Shown here: positions 1-15,000 of the stretch, piece after piece
How the letters are laid out: every line of letters starts with the position of its first letter
Position numbering within the stretch: the stretch's first letter is position 1
Origin: an uncultured Planctomycetales bacterium
GTDB taxonomy: Bacteria > Omnitrophota > Gorgyraeia > Gygaellales > Profunditerraquicolaceae
Reading direction: 5' to 3'
Assembly (NCBI GenBank): GCA_964545575.1
Contig: CAZJFL010000001.1
Location: forward strand, 294,178-358,177
DNA: 64,000 nucleotides
The notes under the pieces: model-generated
Databases searched by the model: none
Told to the model about the DNA's origin: nothing
Seen by the model: only the letters and a program-made list of their open reading frames with translations
Made by a program: the position numbers and the translations under genes

Positions 1-3000
1 ACCCCACGCCTAAGAAATCAAATAACCTCTTTAGCCGGTAATTCTGTTGCGTATCGCCGGGCATTACCTTGGTCAGGCGGATATTCCTCCAGTTGAATAA
101 GACGCTTAAGAGCGTGGCAACCGCTCCCATAATAATGAAAGCCCCGGCCAATTGCGGCACGCTGATTCCCAGGGCCTGAGTAATGAGCCGGTTAATATAC
201 TGTACCGCAGGAGAGAACTTGACGGCAAGAGACAACATCAATCCTCCTATGCTGCCCAGATAACTCAACATCAGCGGCAGCCAGCTGGCTACAAATCTTG
301 GCCAAACCGCCGCGGCCTTTTTGTTGCCCTTACCTTTTAACCAGCAGGATAAATCCGTGAGGCTCGTATTTTTGGAAAACGCAGGCGTAATGTAATATCC
401 TTGCGCAAAGAGGATTACTGCGCTCAATACTGCTATTAGCGCGTTGCTTAAAACCGGCAGATGCAGCCCGGAATGCGCCAAAATCCACAGCCCCCCGCCT
501 ACCGGCCCGACAAAGAATAAACCTATAATTATCCCGATTGCCAGAAGAGCGACGGCCGCTTTTCCCGCGGGCACTCTTGCTCTGGATACTTTTCCTTTGG
601 TTTCTTCTCTTTGCGGCAATTCTGTGCCGGTCATTGTGCTTATGGCGCTGATTACCGGCGCAGTGACTTTACTAAGATCCGCCACGGTGCTCTCCAAGGC
701 TAAGTCCATCCCTGCTAAATGGCTGGCCGTGGTCTCGTGCTTGAAAATCCCCTGCCAGCGAGAGGTATGCCGGGCATCATATTCTAATTCCCGCGCATAG
801 TCATGCAAATGGGTAAAGAAATTGCCGATCTGGGAATCGATTAATTGCAGGGCGGCGCAGCTCAATTCTTCTTTTTGTTTATCGGTAAGTTTATCTTTGA
901 CCTCTTGGGCGCGACCGCTAAAACATTCGTCTATCAAAACATCTATCCCCCCAAGGACAATATGCCGGCGCATCTTGATCAATCTGCCTAACCAGAATCT
1001 TCCTGTCTCTTCCTGAATCGGCCGCTGCAACCGGAAACTGCGCATATTTTCTTCTGTTATCTTTCTCTGCATAATCGCGATGATTCTTTCCGTAGTTTTT
1101 AAGTCGCTACTGCCGGAGCTTAAGATTTCCCTGGCCTCGTTGGTTAAAGAAGGATGATCGCGGAAGATGGTATCCTTAAAAGTATAAACGCCCCGCCAAT
1201 ACGCATCTTCATCGGGATTTCTTGCGCCTCTGGCTTTAAATTGCGCGCTCTCCAAAGAGCTGTCAGACAAATCGGCGTCAATGAGGTAAATTTCTTTTCT
1301 TTGAACTTTTTCATCAAGCTCAAGCAAAATATTCACTCCGCGGTTGCCTACCAGCGTCAAAATGGTAATTTTACCGCTCCTCCCTGCTGCCTCGATAATC
1401 TGCCTTATTTTTTTTGGATCATTGGAAATGCGCGCGTCAACTATACGCACATTATCTACGCCCAAAACTCCTGCCAAACAGTCTGCGTGGAGTGATGAAC
1501 CCGCCTTAATCACAAACGGCTGTTCCCCGGTTCTCTGGTCATAGAGCTCTCTGATGCGCTCTCCCTGCTGCTCCCAAAGCTTTTTCAGATTTTCCAGCTC
1601 TTCCAGCTCATCGCAGTCCGGCACAAACTCTATACCCAGGGTGTACGCCCGGCCTCTTGCCGAACGCTCCTTGTATCTTTTAATTTTAGCCTGGGGATAA
1701 ACCTCCCCTACTACCCCGTCTTCAAGCGTGCCGCTTAAACCGATAAAACCGGCGAAATGTTCGGATTGAAGATAGGTTAACAAAGGCATCTGGGATACCG
1801 GCCTGTCTTCGCCGCTAAAAGGCAGTTCTTCAGCAAACTCAACGAAGAATTGCAGGTCCTCCCACCGTTTTCCGTATTCAGATTCTCCGGAGAGCTTTCC
1901 GTGGATTACCACTTTATCGTCCTCAACTTCGTACTCAACGCCTCTTTCATAATGACGGAATACCTTTAAGGCAGTTTCTACCCAGTAGAGATATAACCAT
2001 TGCTCTGCCGCCGGAGCGGAGGTGCAGGCGGGTATTTGTGCGCGCACATAATCTTCTCCTGCCTTATTCAGAATAACTTCTTTGTTTTCATCTTTAAAAT
2101 ATGTCGCATTATCTTTGATAGCCATGGCTACCTCGGCAGCCTGCAGTTTTTTCTCGTCTAACTTTCCCTTCTCTTGTAACTGGGAAATGATATGCGGAGT
2201 AAATGCCTCTGCCACCAAGGTCCGGTCTGCCTCATCCGCCATAATTACCCATCTATGTTCGGATTGCGCCAGTTCCTTAGTATAGGACAGGAGGTCTAAT
2301 TTCTGATAATCAAAGTTAAAGGTGGAAATCTGGCCGTAAATTACGTCTGCTCTATGATAAATATCTTTACGCTCGGCCAACTCTTGCCATTTTCCGGCGT
2401 CATAGATGAAAGTCTGGCCATCTCTGGTGACATAGCCTACCCTTATGCCAAAGCGGCTCAATAACTCCGCTGCCCGCTTGCCTTGGTCATAAGCAAAATG
2501 GTCGTTACAGACCACGGCAAATACTTTCAGGTTCTGGCGTTTTACGACGAGATAAGCTAAACCGGGCAGGATAACCGTGCTCTTTGTTCCGGCAAAATCT
2601 TTGACCACGAAGAGTTGGGGTGAAACCAAATGCCTGGCGAAAGTTTCCAGGATAGCGGTTTTTGCGTCCGCGAATTTTTCCGCGCTAAATGGTATTCCCT
2701 CGGCGCTAACTTGTTCTCTAACAGTTTGCTCGAATGCCTTTGCATCCAATAACTTTTCTGCTTCGGGAGCTGCCCTCGTGGGCGCGGTCGCAAGTTGCGC
2801 CTTGGTCCTGAGGGCACGGATACCGGCGGCGATGTTTTTGCGCTGTGCGATGGCGATGGCGGCGATGGCGGCGATGCCCAATATAGGTAAGAGACTAACG
2901 GTGCCTACCGTTGTGCCGCCAGAGGCAAAAGCCAGGTCGACGGCCAAAGCCGCAATGAGCAATACCACAGCGCCTGCCCCGCGGCGGTGGTCAGTAGAAG

Positions 3001-6000
3001 GTTTTTGCTTTCCGTTTAATATTTCAAACTTTAATTTCTTAGCAGCATCTGACAGGCCTATCTCGAGTGCCTTCTGGGCATTAGTGCCTTTTACAAGAAT
3101 ACCAACGACTCCTTCTGCGCGGTATCCTGTGCGATCATCAAATATAGTTAAATATACCCCTTGGTTTTTACAAACACGGTTAAATATCTTCTGTAATAAC
3201 TTTACTTTTTTCTCTAACTTTTGCCCGCGTTCTCTAAATTTTATCTCTACATAAGCGCTATCCGGGGCTGCGTCTACCGCCGCGCTGTCGGCGCGGGTTC
3301 GCTGGCTGCGCTCTAAGGCCGCAGCCCTTTTTGCCTCAATGATTCTCCAAATCATAATTCCGGAGAGAATTAATGCAGCGATGCTCACTATAGGTAAGAG
3401 GCCGATGACAACCGTTGCGCCGGTGCTTGCCTGCGCCAGGCCAAAGGCGATAAGCAGGCCGGCAACCACTGCGCCTGCTCCGCGACGAGGAGTTAATTTA
3501 TTAATAAGGGCGCCGACGGGGGTCGTCCCGGAGGTATGGGCCGTCGGACAGCCCTCATTATTATTAATATATGCCCGGTCAGAATTATCGCTAGAGGCAT
3601 CTTGATACTCCTCAAGAGGTTCAATGATTATACTTACCTTCATCCCTTTTTCGCTGCCATACGCTACATCATCTTTTTCCACTTCCACCCGCGCTAGAGG
3701 ATATTGTTTCCTGAGTTCTCCTTCAAACTTTCCCATAAGGAACTTGTGGCAGGAATATTCTACCGTAATAATTATCTGGCCTTCACTGTAAGCGTAGTTT
3801 ATGGTGGTTATATCCGCCGCCTCTCTGTTGAATCCGGCCGGACCAATAATGAATTCGTCTATAAAAGAATCCCGGGCTTGATGAGAGAACCCGCATTGCG
3901 CCAGATGAAGAGGGATTCTCTTTAATGCTGGATAATAATCAGAGACATCCCCTAATGGCCGCGGGCCTTGATAGTGATCCGTATCTAAACCAATAAACCC
4001 TCTTCTATATTTATATTTATATTCTCCTTCTCCCCGGAATAATAATCCCTGCAAATTATTGACCTCATGCGGCTTGCCGCTGCCTTCGTGCAGGATAATC
4101 TCTACAAGATGATAACCGTGGTGGGACGGATTAATAAAGACGTATTTACCGCTCTGGTCTTTGCAGGCCACCAGCCTTCTTCCGCCGGTCTCTTCTTGGA
4201 ACATCTGGAATAACTTTCTTACTTGTTTATCCTTCACAATCACCTGATCTTCTATTTGCCGAGCAAGTTCAGTCAAGCCATGGCTTCGCGCAAACTTAGT
4301 CGCATAGGGCTTGTAGCGAAGATAAATCTGCTGCTCTCCCTTATTCTCGCTTAAATGCGGGAAGAGCTTATTAATCAAGTCATCTAATTTTTCTATCTCC
4401 TGCGCGGTAAGCCCGTCTCCGTCATCAGTCATGGCGCGGTCGTAATGTCTTGTAGCACCACCTATCATCTTGCGGTCAGTAACCATCTTACGCTGCTCTA
4501 TTAATCCCTTTAATCCATCTATAAATTTATCCGAGAAGCCCGTAGCGCTATCTTCAGCAAAATAATCAAGGATCGCCGCCTCTTCCAGCCCTACCCTCAC
4601 ACGGCCCTGTAACTCTTTATAAATCCTAATTATCTCCTCTTTAGACAGACGCCCTGCCTTAACTTTCTTTAAGAAATCTTTGATCTCTTTACTCCGGATG
4701 CAGAAATCTACTCCCACGAGGCTCCAATGGCAAACTTCATCGTATAAAGAAAAGCCCCTCACAACGGCTGTGATAATTTTCCTCATGACAAGAGGGATAT
4801 TTGCCTTAAAGAATTCAAGCTCTAACTCTCTTTTAATTCCTGCGTTATGTATTCTTCGGAAGATCCGCGTTTCCCTTGTCCGTTTTTGCTCATCTGCTCT
4901 GGCCAGTCCAGCTAATGCCCTCTTCTGCTTCCTTTGATATTCTCTCCGCTTGGCATCTTCTGCCGCCAGCGCAGCCGCGCCCACCACGCTTGCCGCCGCG
5001 TAGAGGCCGAGGCCGCCTAAACCTAATAAATTCTCCGGCGCCAGGAACCCTGCCTGCTTGGCCGCTGTGCCGCCGAGCATATAGTGGTCTAAGAAGTATG
5101 CCCCGCCGGCCAAAAGCGTCAGGCCGATACCGGCGATAGTTCTTCTGTTATTGCGTCCGGATTTTTTGGGTATATGCTGAAGCTGACGCGTCTTTCTGGG
5201 CTGTAATTTAACTTGTGGCCGCTCGACCACCCCAATTACTCTTCTAGGAGCTAATAGTTGCTGCACTTCTACCTTACCTTTAATATAGAAATATCCGGAG
5301 ATGCCGCAATCCACAAACCAGGCGTTGCGGACATTAAATTCCTTAATCATAAAATCCGCCATCTGCGTGGTGGTAGGGAAGCCGCCGAAAAGCTTACCGT
5401 AGGTGAGATTATCGGCATCAGTAGAGACTAAAACCAGGTTGCCGCGCTGATCCACGCCTACCAGGGATTTAGCACCTTCCCAATTTTTCTTAGCTACATT
5501 TTTACCGTCTTTTACTGCCTGCGCAAATACCCTTAAATTTACGGTATCTCCCTGCCGGGTGGTAAACTGCGCCGGGTAGCCGCATTGTTCGTTAATATCG
5601 CCACTAAAAGGAGCTTCGGACATCGCTACCACTACTGGCGCGCTATCGCCTAAGTTATAAGCATGTTGTAGGCCGGCAGCGGCAAAATTATATACCCCCG
5701 GTTTATATCGACTTAAATCGATAGTCGCGGTATGAAGCAACAGCTCGTTTAATGCGGGATAAACAGCATAATTTATCCCCTCACATATCTCTTGCTTCTT
5801 TATCGTGTCGTGCGGTAATTTAAATATCGCCCCGAGCAGCGCGGATATAAACGCTGCCGCCATGGCAAAATTGATGGCCGCGCGCAGGCTCATCCGCATG
5901 CTTGTGTATTTATAATGAGAAGTGCCTTTACCTTTAGTAGCCTCCGCTCTCCAAAAACCTATAAAGGCGAAGGCGTTAGCTACGATCCCTGCAACTAAGA

Positions 6001-9000
6001 TATATATTTTTGCGTTGGTGGTTAAGATATATGCTCCGGAACCACCCGCGATAAGGTACAGCAAAAACGCGCCGGCAAAATCGCCTGCTAGCGTGATAAT
6101 TGCGATGGTGCCGATAATACCTTGGAGTATACTGGTGGAAGAAGTGACCAGATGCTGCCTGATTAACCATCTGATTCCCAGGAATAAAAAGAGGGCTGAG
6201 ACAAGCAGCAGTCCTGTTATCAACAACGGCTTTATCAATACCATTGGCCCGCTTAATTCTCTAATCATCTGCGGCGGTGCGCTAGCGCGAACAAAAGCAA
6301 AGATAACTAATATTCCTAAGAATAATTTTGACAGGATTCTCGTGAATAATGTGACGGGTAAAATTACTTCTTGCGGATTCACTTCTTTATTATCAATTGG
6401 CGCCAGAGCCGGCGGAGCCCGGGGAGCCTGAGTAACCGCTATTATAGATAAAACCAGTGCCGTCAAAATCATGAATCCGCTGAAGGCTGTCTGCGGCGGG
6501 ATATGCAGCATGCGGGATGCCGCCGGCACGCCGAATAACCCGGCCGCACCGATGCCTAAAACAACTATTAATAATTCCATTAAGGCAAATCTCTTGTCGC
6601 CGGTATTAACTGGGACCGTAGCGGCCTGTTCTCCTTGAATATCTGCTAGCATCTTACGCCCATCCAAAACTTCTACGCCAAAATGCTGCTTTTCGCAAGT
6701 AATGATAACCTCGCAATGCGGTTCTTGTCCGAGCCTATGCAGTATTCTCACTAAATCTCTAAAGGTATCCGTATCGGTGTCGCACACCAATCCTAACTTC
6801 CGCTCTAACTCAATTCTCTGCTCCTCTGTCAGGTTATCGCTAAATTGTAATTCCAGCTCAAAATGCACCCGGGCGAGTATCTGTCTTTCCTGTAATAATC
6901 TCTTCATTTCAGGCAAGTCTAAATAAACCATGCTTCCCACCTGCTGTTTAGTCTGGGAGTCGATCATTACCGTCTTATTATTAAAAGGAACTAAGCCGCA
7001 TTCACCGCTATCGTGCCTTGCCGTAATATAACAACCATATTCAAGCACGCCCCTAAGGCCCTCTTCTTGCCACTGCGCTCTCTGTTTTGCGTCAATAAAA
7101 CCTTCATTTTCTAACAGGGTAGGTAAATCTATACATTTGCCTTTATCGTTCAAAAGGGTAATACGATGCACCCGGGATGCTCCCCATGCTGTATGTATAT
7201 GTCCTCTATAAATAATATTGAGATGCCTTACCGCAGCGCCTCCTATAATATCTACTATTTCTATGGCCTCTCTGCGTAAATCAATCGTCAATATTTTCTC
7301 CGGTTCTAATTCAGTACCTTCCTGCCTTACTAATTCGAAAGAGATGCTCTGGTTAAATTCGGCCCGCCCTTTTAAAGCCATCATAACGCTATTGAAAATT
7401 AAACTTGTATACCTTTCTGTATCAAATCCTCCTGCGATGGAAGCAGAATACCTGCGCCCTAAAACCCACATGGCGCTTCTAATATCTCCCTTAAGCTTCA
7501 TGTTCCGGGCGTATTTTATTCTGCTGGCAAGTTCATAGTCTACTGCAATATCGGTTCTTTCTGCCACCGCCACCGCGCCCAAGGCCACAGGCGCCAAGCC
7601 AAGCAGGAAAGCCCCATTATTGCCTGCAGGAGCTTTGCCTAATAAAGTAGCGACTAACAAGGCATCGCCGATAATCGCTGCCCAGAAAAGTATCGAGCCT
7701 ATCGGTGAATCCAGGAATGCCATTATTTTATTAAATAAAGCCTTGGCCGAGCCATCCAAGATGCCGTCCGTGCCGCAAAAACCTAAGCTTACCATCTTCT
7801 TCCGTACCGCCGCCGTCGCGCCAACGGCGCCAGTAAATTTTTCTTCCAGTGGCAACACAATATCAGCGGTATCGACTCTGGCGGCGGCCGTCTCTAGCAA
7901 GCCAGAGGTGGAAATGGTCACCGCTACATCCTTCCACCAAGAAGGCTCCGGCGATGGTTTCCAGTCCTCGTATAACGTAGTATTGCCAAAAAGCAACAGA
8001 TGCCTACCCGTCGGAGAAAATGCAAAGATCAGCGGAACTTCATTTTTTTCTTTCTTTACTACCACAAGATTGTTCAGACCCATAAAGATATTGTGCCCTT
8101 TGAGTTGCGCAGAAAGCAGAAATACCTCAAGGAATTCCTTAATTCCATTCCTGGATGAGCAAGGATCGATGCCTAGAACCATTGGGATAGAACTCTGCCA
8201 ATTGATCCGCGCCTCACCGTCTGCAGCCAAAACACGATGTACCTCTTCCAAGGCACGTAACTGGTCGATTAGATACTCAAATGTCCGTACCGACATAGCA
8301 AAATGGAACTTACCAGTCCAATCATCAGGCATATCTTCCGCTAAAGACTTTTTCAAAGTAATGACGCCTTCCTCTTTAAAGGCCTCCCATAATCCTGCAC
8401 CTAATTCATCTACTCCTATATTTTCATCAAAATCGAGGCTTATTCCATAAAATTGGTATTTTTGTTTCAGCAACTGCGCTAACCTGCGGGTCTTTTGGGA
8501 ATCCTGAAGAACCTCTTTAAATATATCTGGTCTACTTCTATTTTTCAGGTCTTTGGTCAGCTCGGGCCATTCTCCTTTTGCAAGTAAATTCTGCGCAATA
8601 TACGCAGCAAGGTAAAAAAGCGCATATCCTTTGCCTGCCCCTATATCCAAAATCCGCATTGGCTCCTCTTCCCGCAACGCTCCGGCTGTAATCAAATCCT
8701 TTCTCCTCTTCATCAAAAGCGTATCACAATAAAGCCTGTATCCTTCTTTATCAATACCAAGTATGTAAGAATCATAATATTCATTATTAACACTTGCCTG
8801 AGATCTAAAGGGAAGCCTCGCCCCTCCCCCCAGTACCGTTCTAATATCCCTAACATCTCCTTGGTATGCAGCGACGTAATTATCCGCTGCAAAGCTCTGC
8901 AAAGCCCCCCTCGTTGAATCTCGGTCGGTATTCTTTTGACCACTATACCATCTCGCCACTACTCTATTTAGATTGCCCGCGGCCCTAAAAGGAATAACGG

Positions 9001-12000
9001 TTCTTTGCGACCCGCTAAAGGTTCTTATAGGAAACGGGTAAAAACGATCCCTGTATGCCTTTTCTAGTGTCCCTAAATCTCTCACTCCGTAGAAATCTAC
9101 GACTCTAGATCTTAATCTTCTCTTTGCTCTTTCATCGCCTGCAATTTTACCGAGTATATCTCTTGCTTCTTGGACTAATTTTGTTTCATCTCCGGCTAAC
9201 CTGGTCATTGCTTCGGCAATAGCTGCGAAGATGTCATATACATCTAAACCTAAAGGTCGATACTTATCAAAACGATCTATCTCAAAATGCTCGAGATAAA
9301 TTCTATGAACGTTGGCGTCTATTATAGACGGGGTTTCTGGCCATTTCATATTGCGTATCCGGTTAAATCTATCGATCTCTGCGCTAAGAGACGCTGGCAG
9401 TTGAGTGGCCTTTCCTTCGGCAAACTCTAATAGGCCTTCTGCTTCTTTTATTTTTATTTCTATCTCTTCTCCTTCGGCTTCTTCTTTTTTTGACATACCG
9501 AAAGCACCGGTAGGAATAAGGATGTTGCCATCATGGATAGCTGTCTTGAGTAACTCCATTGCCGTATATTTATCGGATTCTTTTTCGTAGTCAATGGGCC
9601 CTTTCCTCAATTTGTACACTTCGTACACTGCCAGTAATTTCGTTGCTTGTATTATCATTTGATACATGCCCGCTTTTGTAATAATAGTCCCGACAATTAA
9701 ACCCAGAGACGCCAGGCTAAGCGGGGAATTATGCGTGGCTGCGGGAGCTTTACCTAATAAAGTAGCGACTAACAAGGCACCGCCGATAATCGCTGCCCAG
9801 ATGATTGCAGCTCCGGGTAAAGTGTCCCAGAAAGATACGCGGGAAGAACGAGCGGCCCTATTTCCTCCGCTAGATAGAGCCGTTCGTCCCGTTGATCTTG
9901 TAGACTGGAATGCTACCGCGAACAGCAGCAAGACGAGCAAGAATTGTATCGCGGTGTGGGCCAGTGAGCTGTTCCCAGGAATCAGCCCGGCCGTTACGTG
10001 TGTAAACATTACCGGTAGCGTTGTTGATAAGAAATATCCTGAGATGGCCGTTACCGTTCTCGCGTGCAGCAGCAAAGATGGTAGAATCTTGACTAAACTC
10101 GACAATGTGGTCAAACTCCAGTGCATCAAACTTGACAGGGCACATGGTACACCTCCTTCTCTAATTAGTTGCCCTGCAGCCCCTACGTGGGTCGCCTCGG
10201 AGGTGAGGTACGCAAAGACTGCAGGAACAACTAAAATAGCCGCAAACACTACACCTGCCACGGTAAGTAGGAATTGCGGCTGGGTTAATAAAGCCTTGAA
10301 TGTCTTAACTATATTAGTAACGACTGCGCCAAAGTTCGGCGCGCGGGCAGCTCCCACTAAAGCGTGAATCTTTGCCCTTAATAATTGGGAACGGACGAGG
10401 AATGTAGCGGTAACGCCGATGGCTAAAGCGGCTAAACCAACAACTACCGGCAAACCGATTCCTGTGCCAAACAGCCACCCAGCTAAACCCAAGGCAACCG
10501 GCGTGCAATTGGCAGCCGGCACAGCAGGAGCGGTAGGCGCCTTTTCTCTTAACTCTGTAATCTGTAAGAATATTAATACTGCTTCTTTTCTGGTGAGGAT
10601 CAAATTATGACGGGGTTCTTTGCCCGGAGAAACAACAGTGATTGCGTATTTATCGTAATTTATTCCTGTTTCTTTTTGTCTACCTATCTCTTCCTGTGTC
10701 AAAACCTCTTTCCATTCTGACCATGTTCTTCTTTCTCCCGGCTGGGAAACTGAATCTTCCGGCTGCGGAATCATAGCCGGCTGAACTTTCTTTGTAGGAT
10801 TAGCTACCTTGGATTTAATGTTTACATACACCTGTCCAAGATGATTATCTCTGCTGAATCTAACGATTGCGTACAATGCGATAGCAACAGCTATGCCAAG
10901 AACCAGGTATAGCAATAATCTGACATCTGCAACGGAATTCTCAATAACGTCGCTCTTTGCCGCGATGCTGAATAATGATAGTGCTGCTACGGGAAGGATT
11001 CTAACAAAACGTCCGGCAGTCGGCGGGCTGCGGCCTTCGTAAGATACGTGCTCATCATTCTTCTGTGCTTTAGCCCTCAACATCTTTATGCCATAATAAG
11101 CCAAATTGAATAAAACAATTGCTATTACCGCGATAAGCGCTGCTTTATTGCTGGCGAACCCGAAACCAACTGCGCAACCTGACAAAGCCACCGGCATCGC
11201 AACCGGCTCAACCGCGCCGGTCTGAAGCGGAACTTTAGATTCTTCCAGTTTGCCGCTGGGGCTGATAGAGTAAACTTCTTGGATGTTCTTTGAGTCCTTT
11301 GAAATGTTTACTTTTACGATTCTGCCGGAAACCTCAAAATTAACCCTCTGGCCTTTATCAATAACTTTTACTCCGTCTTTGCCGAACACCTTTCTGAATT
11401 CCGGATTTAAAGCATCCTCGTATGCGTGACCGGATGCAGAAATCAAATTAATAACCTTTGCCTCTTCCGGCTTCATGCCCTGCCCTCTTAATATCTGCGC
11501 CAGATTACTGAAATATACACGGTCGTTTCTACGCGTAGGCCAATATGCTGTGCCGCGATGCTCTATCTGCCAAGGGCAAAGATGAATCACAGCGGCTTTA
11601 TCTTCAAACACAATCACCGCCCCTACGCATTGATATTCAAGCAGCGCGCTCGTCTTAACCACGCGCCCATCTGAAAGTGAGAATATTTTTACGAGATTTT
11701 CTGTTACGATGGTATCTTTTGCTATTAGACTGTCTGGATTATTTATATTATATGTAACTGGCAGCGTAATTGAATCAGCCTGCGGCAGGGCGCCGACATT
11801 CAACTCTGCTCCATAAGCGGGATTACCCAATGGACTACGGGCAACATCGCGCACAAAATTCAGCAGCGGGTTACCCTGCGGCCTGACCGCGCCGGTCTTT
11901 TTCGGCGCAGGAGCCTCTGTTCCATTATCGAAGACATGTTGCATAAAGAATTCCCTGCGGTCTTCGGAAGAACCCTCGTTGCTTATGTTGTAACCGGCAG

Positions 12001-15000
12001 GCCCGATCACGCCATCATCCAACCAAATCATATGCGCCACATCACCCATTAATACTATATGCATATAATCGGTAGCAAACCATTCTTCAATATATCCCGG
12101 GCCAAAACGCGAAAATCCTTGAGAACCTACTATCTTTATCCATTCCTGCTCTGCCGGCGTCCCCTTGACTAATTTCTTATAAACTTCTCTGCCAAAAACC
12201 ATCACCAATCTCTGTCCATCAGTGTAGGGTTCGCTTTGCAGATACTTAACTACTTTTAGCTTTAGCGGCTCTCCCGGCTTAGAACCTAAAATATCAGGAA
12301 TAGTATCGGTTACTTTACGTATGCCATTATGCGCTTCGATGCGGCAGCTATCCACTAAAGCGACGTGCTGCGGAACCGCGCTTCTTAATTTCTCCGCTAC
12401 TTCATCCAGAGTCAACTTCCGCATCTTTTCTTCCCGAACAGCATAATTATCAACGCTAAGTTGCGCTCCCGTTAATTCCGCTACCTTCTGGTTGAGTTCT
12501 CTTCTGGCGCTATCGCTTAAAACCGACGGCCGCATATCAAGAATCTCCTGTCCGAATGCGACCAGCTTTTCTCTTTTAACGCCATTGCCTATTTGAGCCG
12601 TTAAATTCGGGAAGTCATATTTAACTACAGCCTCAGCTGCTGCAGCGCCTCTTGCCCGGATAATATCCAATACGAAATCATACTCGACGCCAAAGGCATT
12701 ATTCATTCTGATAATCTGAGAGAAAGGAATCCGGCTGATTTCTTGATCGCTAAAGGTCTCAAGAACCAATTTCTTGGCCTGATCGAATCTGGATACAATA
12801 ATATGATTAATCTGTGGGTCTACTGAAATGCTGGTGATAGTGTGGGTCAGCTGGGCCAGATAAGCATTCGCCTCTATTTTTTTGGCTTCTTTAATTGTCT
12901 GCTGGCTGGCGCCGGATGCCTCTAATTTCTTGAGGAAGGCTGTGAACTCTGCGGGAGACATGCGCCCGACTTCATCTAAGTTAACTCTTAACTGCATGCT
13001 AGTCGTGGCAGCGCCTATTCCGGCATCGCTGTATTTATCATCCGGCAGGGCGCCGATGGCAGCCTGGGCCACGGCAAATGACATCAGGTTCGGATAGCCG
13101 CCGACTCCGGGTTCAACCATGCTGGTCTGAGGCGGGGCTTGCGGATGGCGCTGGCTCGCTAGCCGCTCTTGACGCATATGCTCCGCCTGCCCAAGCGTAG
13201 GCAGCACTGCCATTGCGCCGATAAAGAAAATGGCACCGGTAAGAATAACTGCCCTGCCGATTCTATTCTTACCTAATTTGGCGCCGGCATAACCTATGCC
13301 CAGCGTTAAAACGGCTAAAGCTAAATCGGCGGTTTTCGTATCGCTGTCGGCAATGCGCCTCTCCTGATTTGCCTCTAGTTTTCTGGCGGCATCATCAGCC
13401 TTAGTCGGATAAAAATGAATAAACCACTTTGTGACTTTGTCTTTCAATTCCCCAAGGCCCGCTGCGATAGCAACAGTCTCTTTATTTCCTTTAGTCAGAG
13501 TTAATGCCCGGTCTATTCTTTCCATGGCCTGAGTAAAATGCTCCGGGTTCCGGGCTAATCTGGCGCGGACTACCATTCTAATCGCGGCTTGTAATCTCGC
13601 GGCATTAATGCTCTCAACCTTAATGTAAATTTTACCGTTTTCAGTAACGGTGATTCGGCCTTTTCCATTTTTAACTACTATCTCTATCGGCCCGGCAATC
13701 AGATTCAACGGCAGGACGTGCCCTTCAAGAAGCAGGCCGTACTGACGGATAAATTTTGCGGCAGCCTCTTCAATCTTGCTGCTCTCTTCGGGAGTAAGCT
13801 CAACATAAGACTTTATTCTAAAATACTCTCTGGTAGTCTTAGTCGCCACCACTGCGCCCATTGCATCCGCCGCGCGGACAAAGCCCGCTCCCCAGTCGAT
13901 TTGCATAGGATTGGAGACGTTGCTTGAATCATCGGCGACTCTTTGGCCCTTGTTTCTTCCGGCGTTTTCGATGGTGAGTTTGAGCTGCCTGCGGCTGAGC
14001 TTATCTAACTCTGCGCGGATATGCTTTCTGGCATAGGTAAAGGTGGAAGGCGACACATCTAATTTAACCCGCGGAAACGCAGCAGCGCTCATTTGAGCAA
14101 TGTCCACCGCGTCACTAATTCCTATTACTGGACTTGGCCTGTATGGCCCGTATTGTCTTCTTCTCTCTATTAATCTTCGCGCCTGGGCATTTTTAAGCGC
14201 ATTTAATCTTGCTCTGTCACCAAAAGCAATGCTTACCCGACTGGCCAATACGCGGAGAACATTTTCCCGCATAGAAGGCTTACGGGTATTTAACCGGTGC
14301 GCGCCGGTGCTACGGTAAAGTTTTTCGATTTCTATATTATTATCATGTCCGCTCTTGCCGGAGAATGCGGGATGGAGGGTGCTAGCTAGTAACTCGTGCA
14401 ATATCCTGCAGACAACTTCTTCTTCGAGGTTTTTCTTTATAAGGTCGAAAGGTAGGTATACAACGACTGTTTCCTTGCCATTCAGCGGATCTGTGCAGGT
14501 TTCCCACCAAGCCCTGCCCTTTAAGCCAAATCTTAATTCGATGCGAACCCCTCTACCTCTGACTGCCCAGCCTAATCCTATAATCTTAAGGAACTCTCTA
14601 GCCTTGATAATCAGATGGCCATAACGGGGATTATCCGCGTCTATGGTGCCAGCATAAGCTGAATTGGCTATATCACTATCTCTGTCTTTCTTGGTACCAA
14701 AATCTGCGCCGAAATCAGGCGTAACGATAGGCGGACTACGTACACTCTGGGAACCGGTGGGGAATTGTGATGGTCTTGTAGTAGAGCCAGTAGGATCTCT
14801 ACGTGATAAAGACGACTCTGGTATCTTTACCTTTCTGGCACCTACACCCCGAGAACCTCTGCTTCTTCCATCCTTTGTAGTAGTAGCTGCTTGGGCAGCC
14901 GTAGCTTTTTCCATGCCTTTGCCGCCGGCTACTGCACCGAATGAGCGTCTAACCAATCTACCTAATTCAACTAGTTTAACTAATTTAACTAATTCAACTA

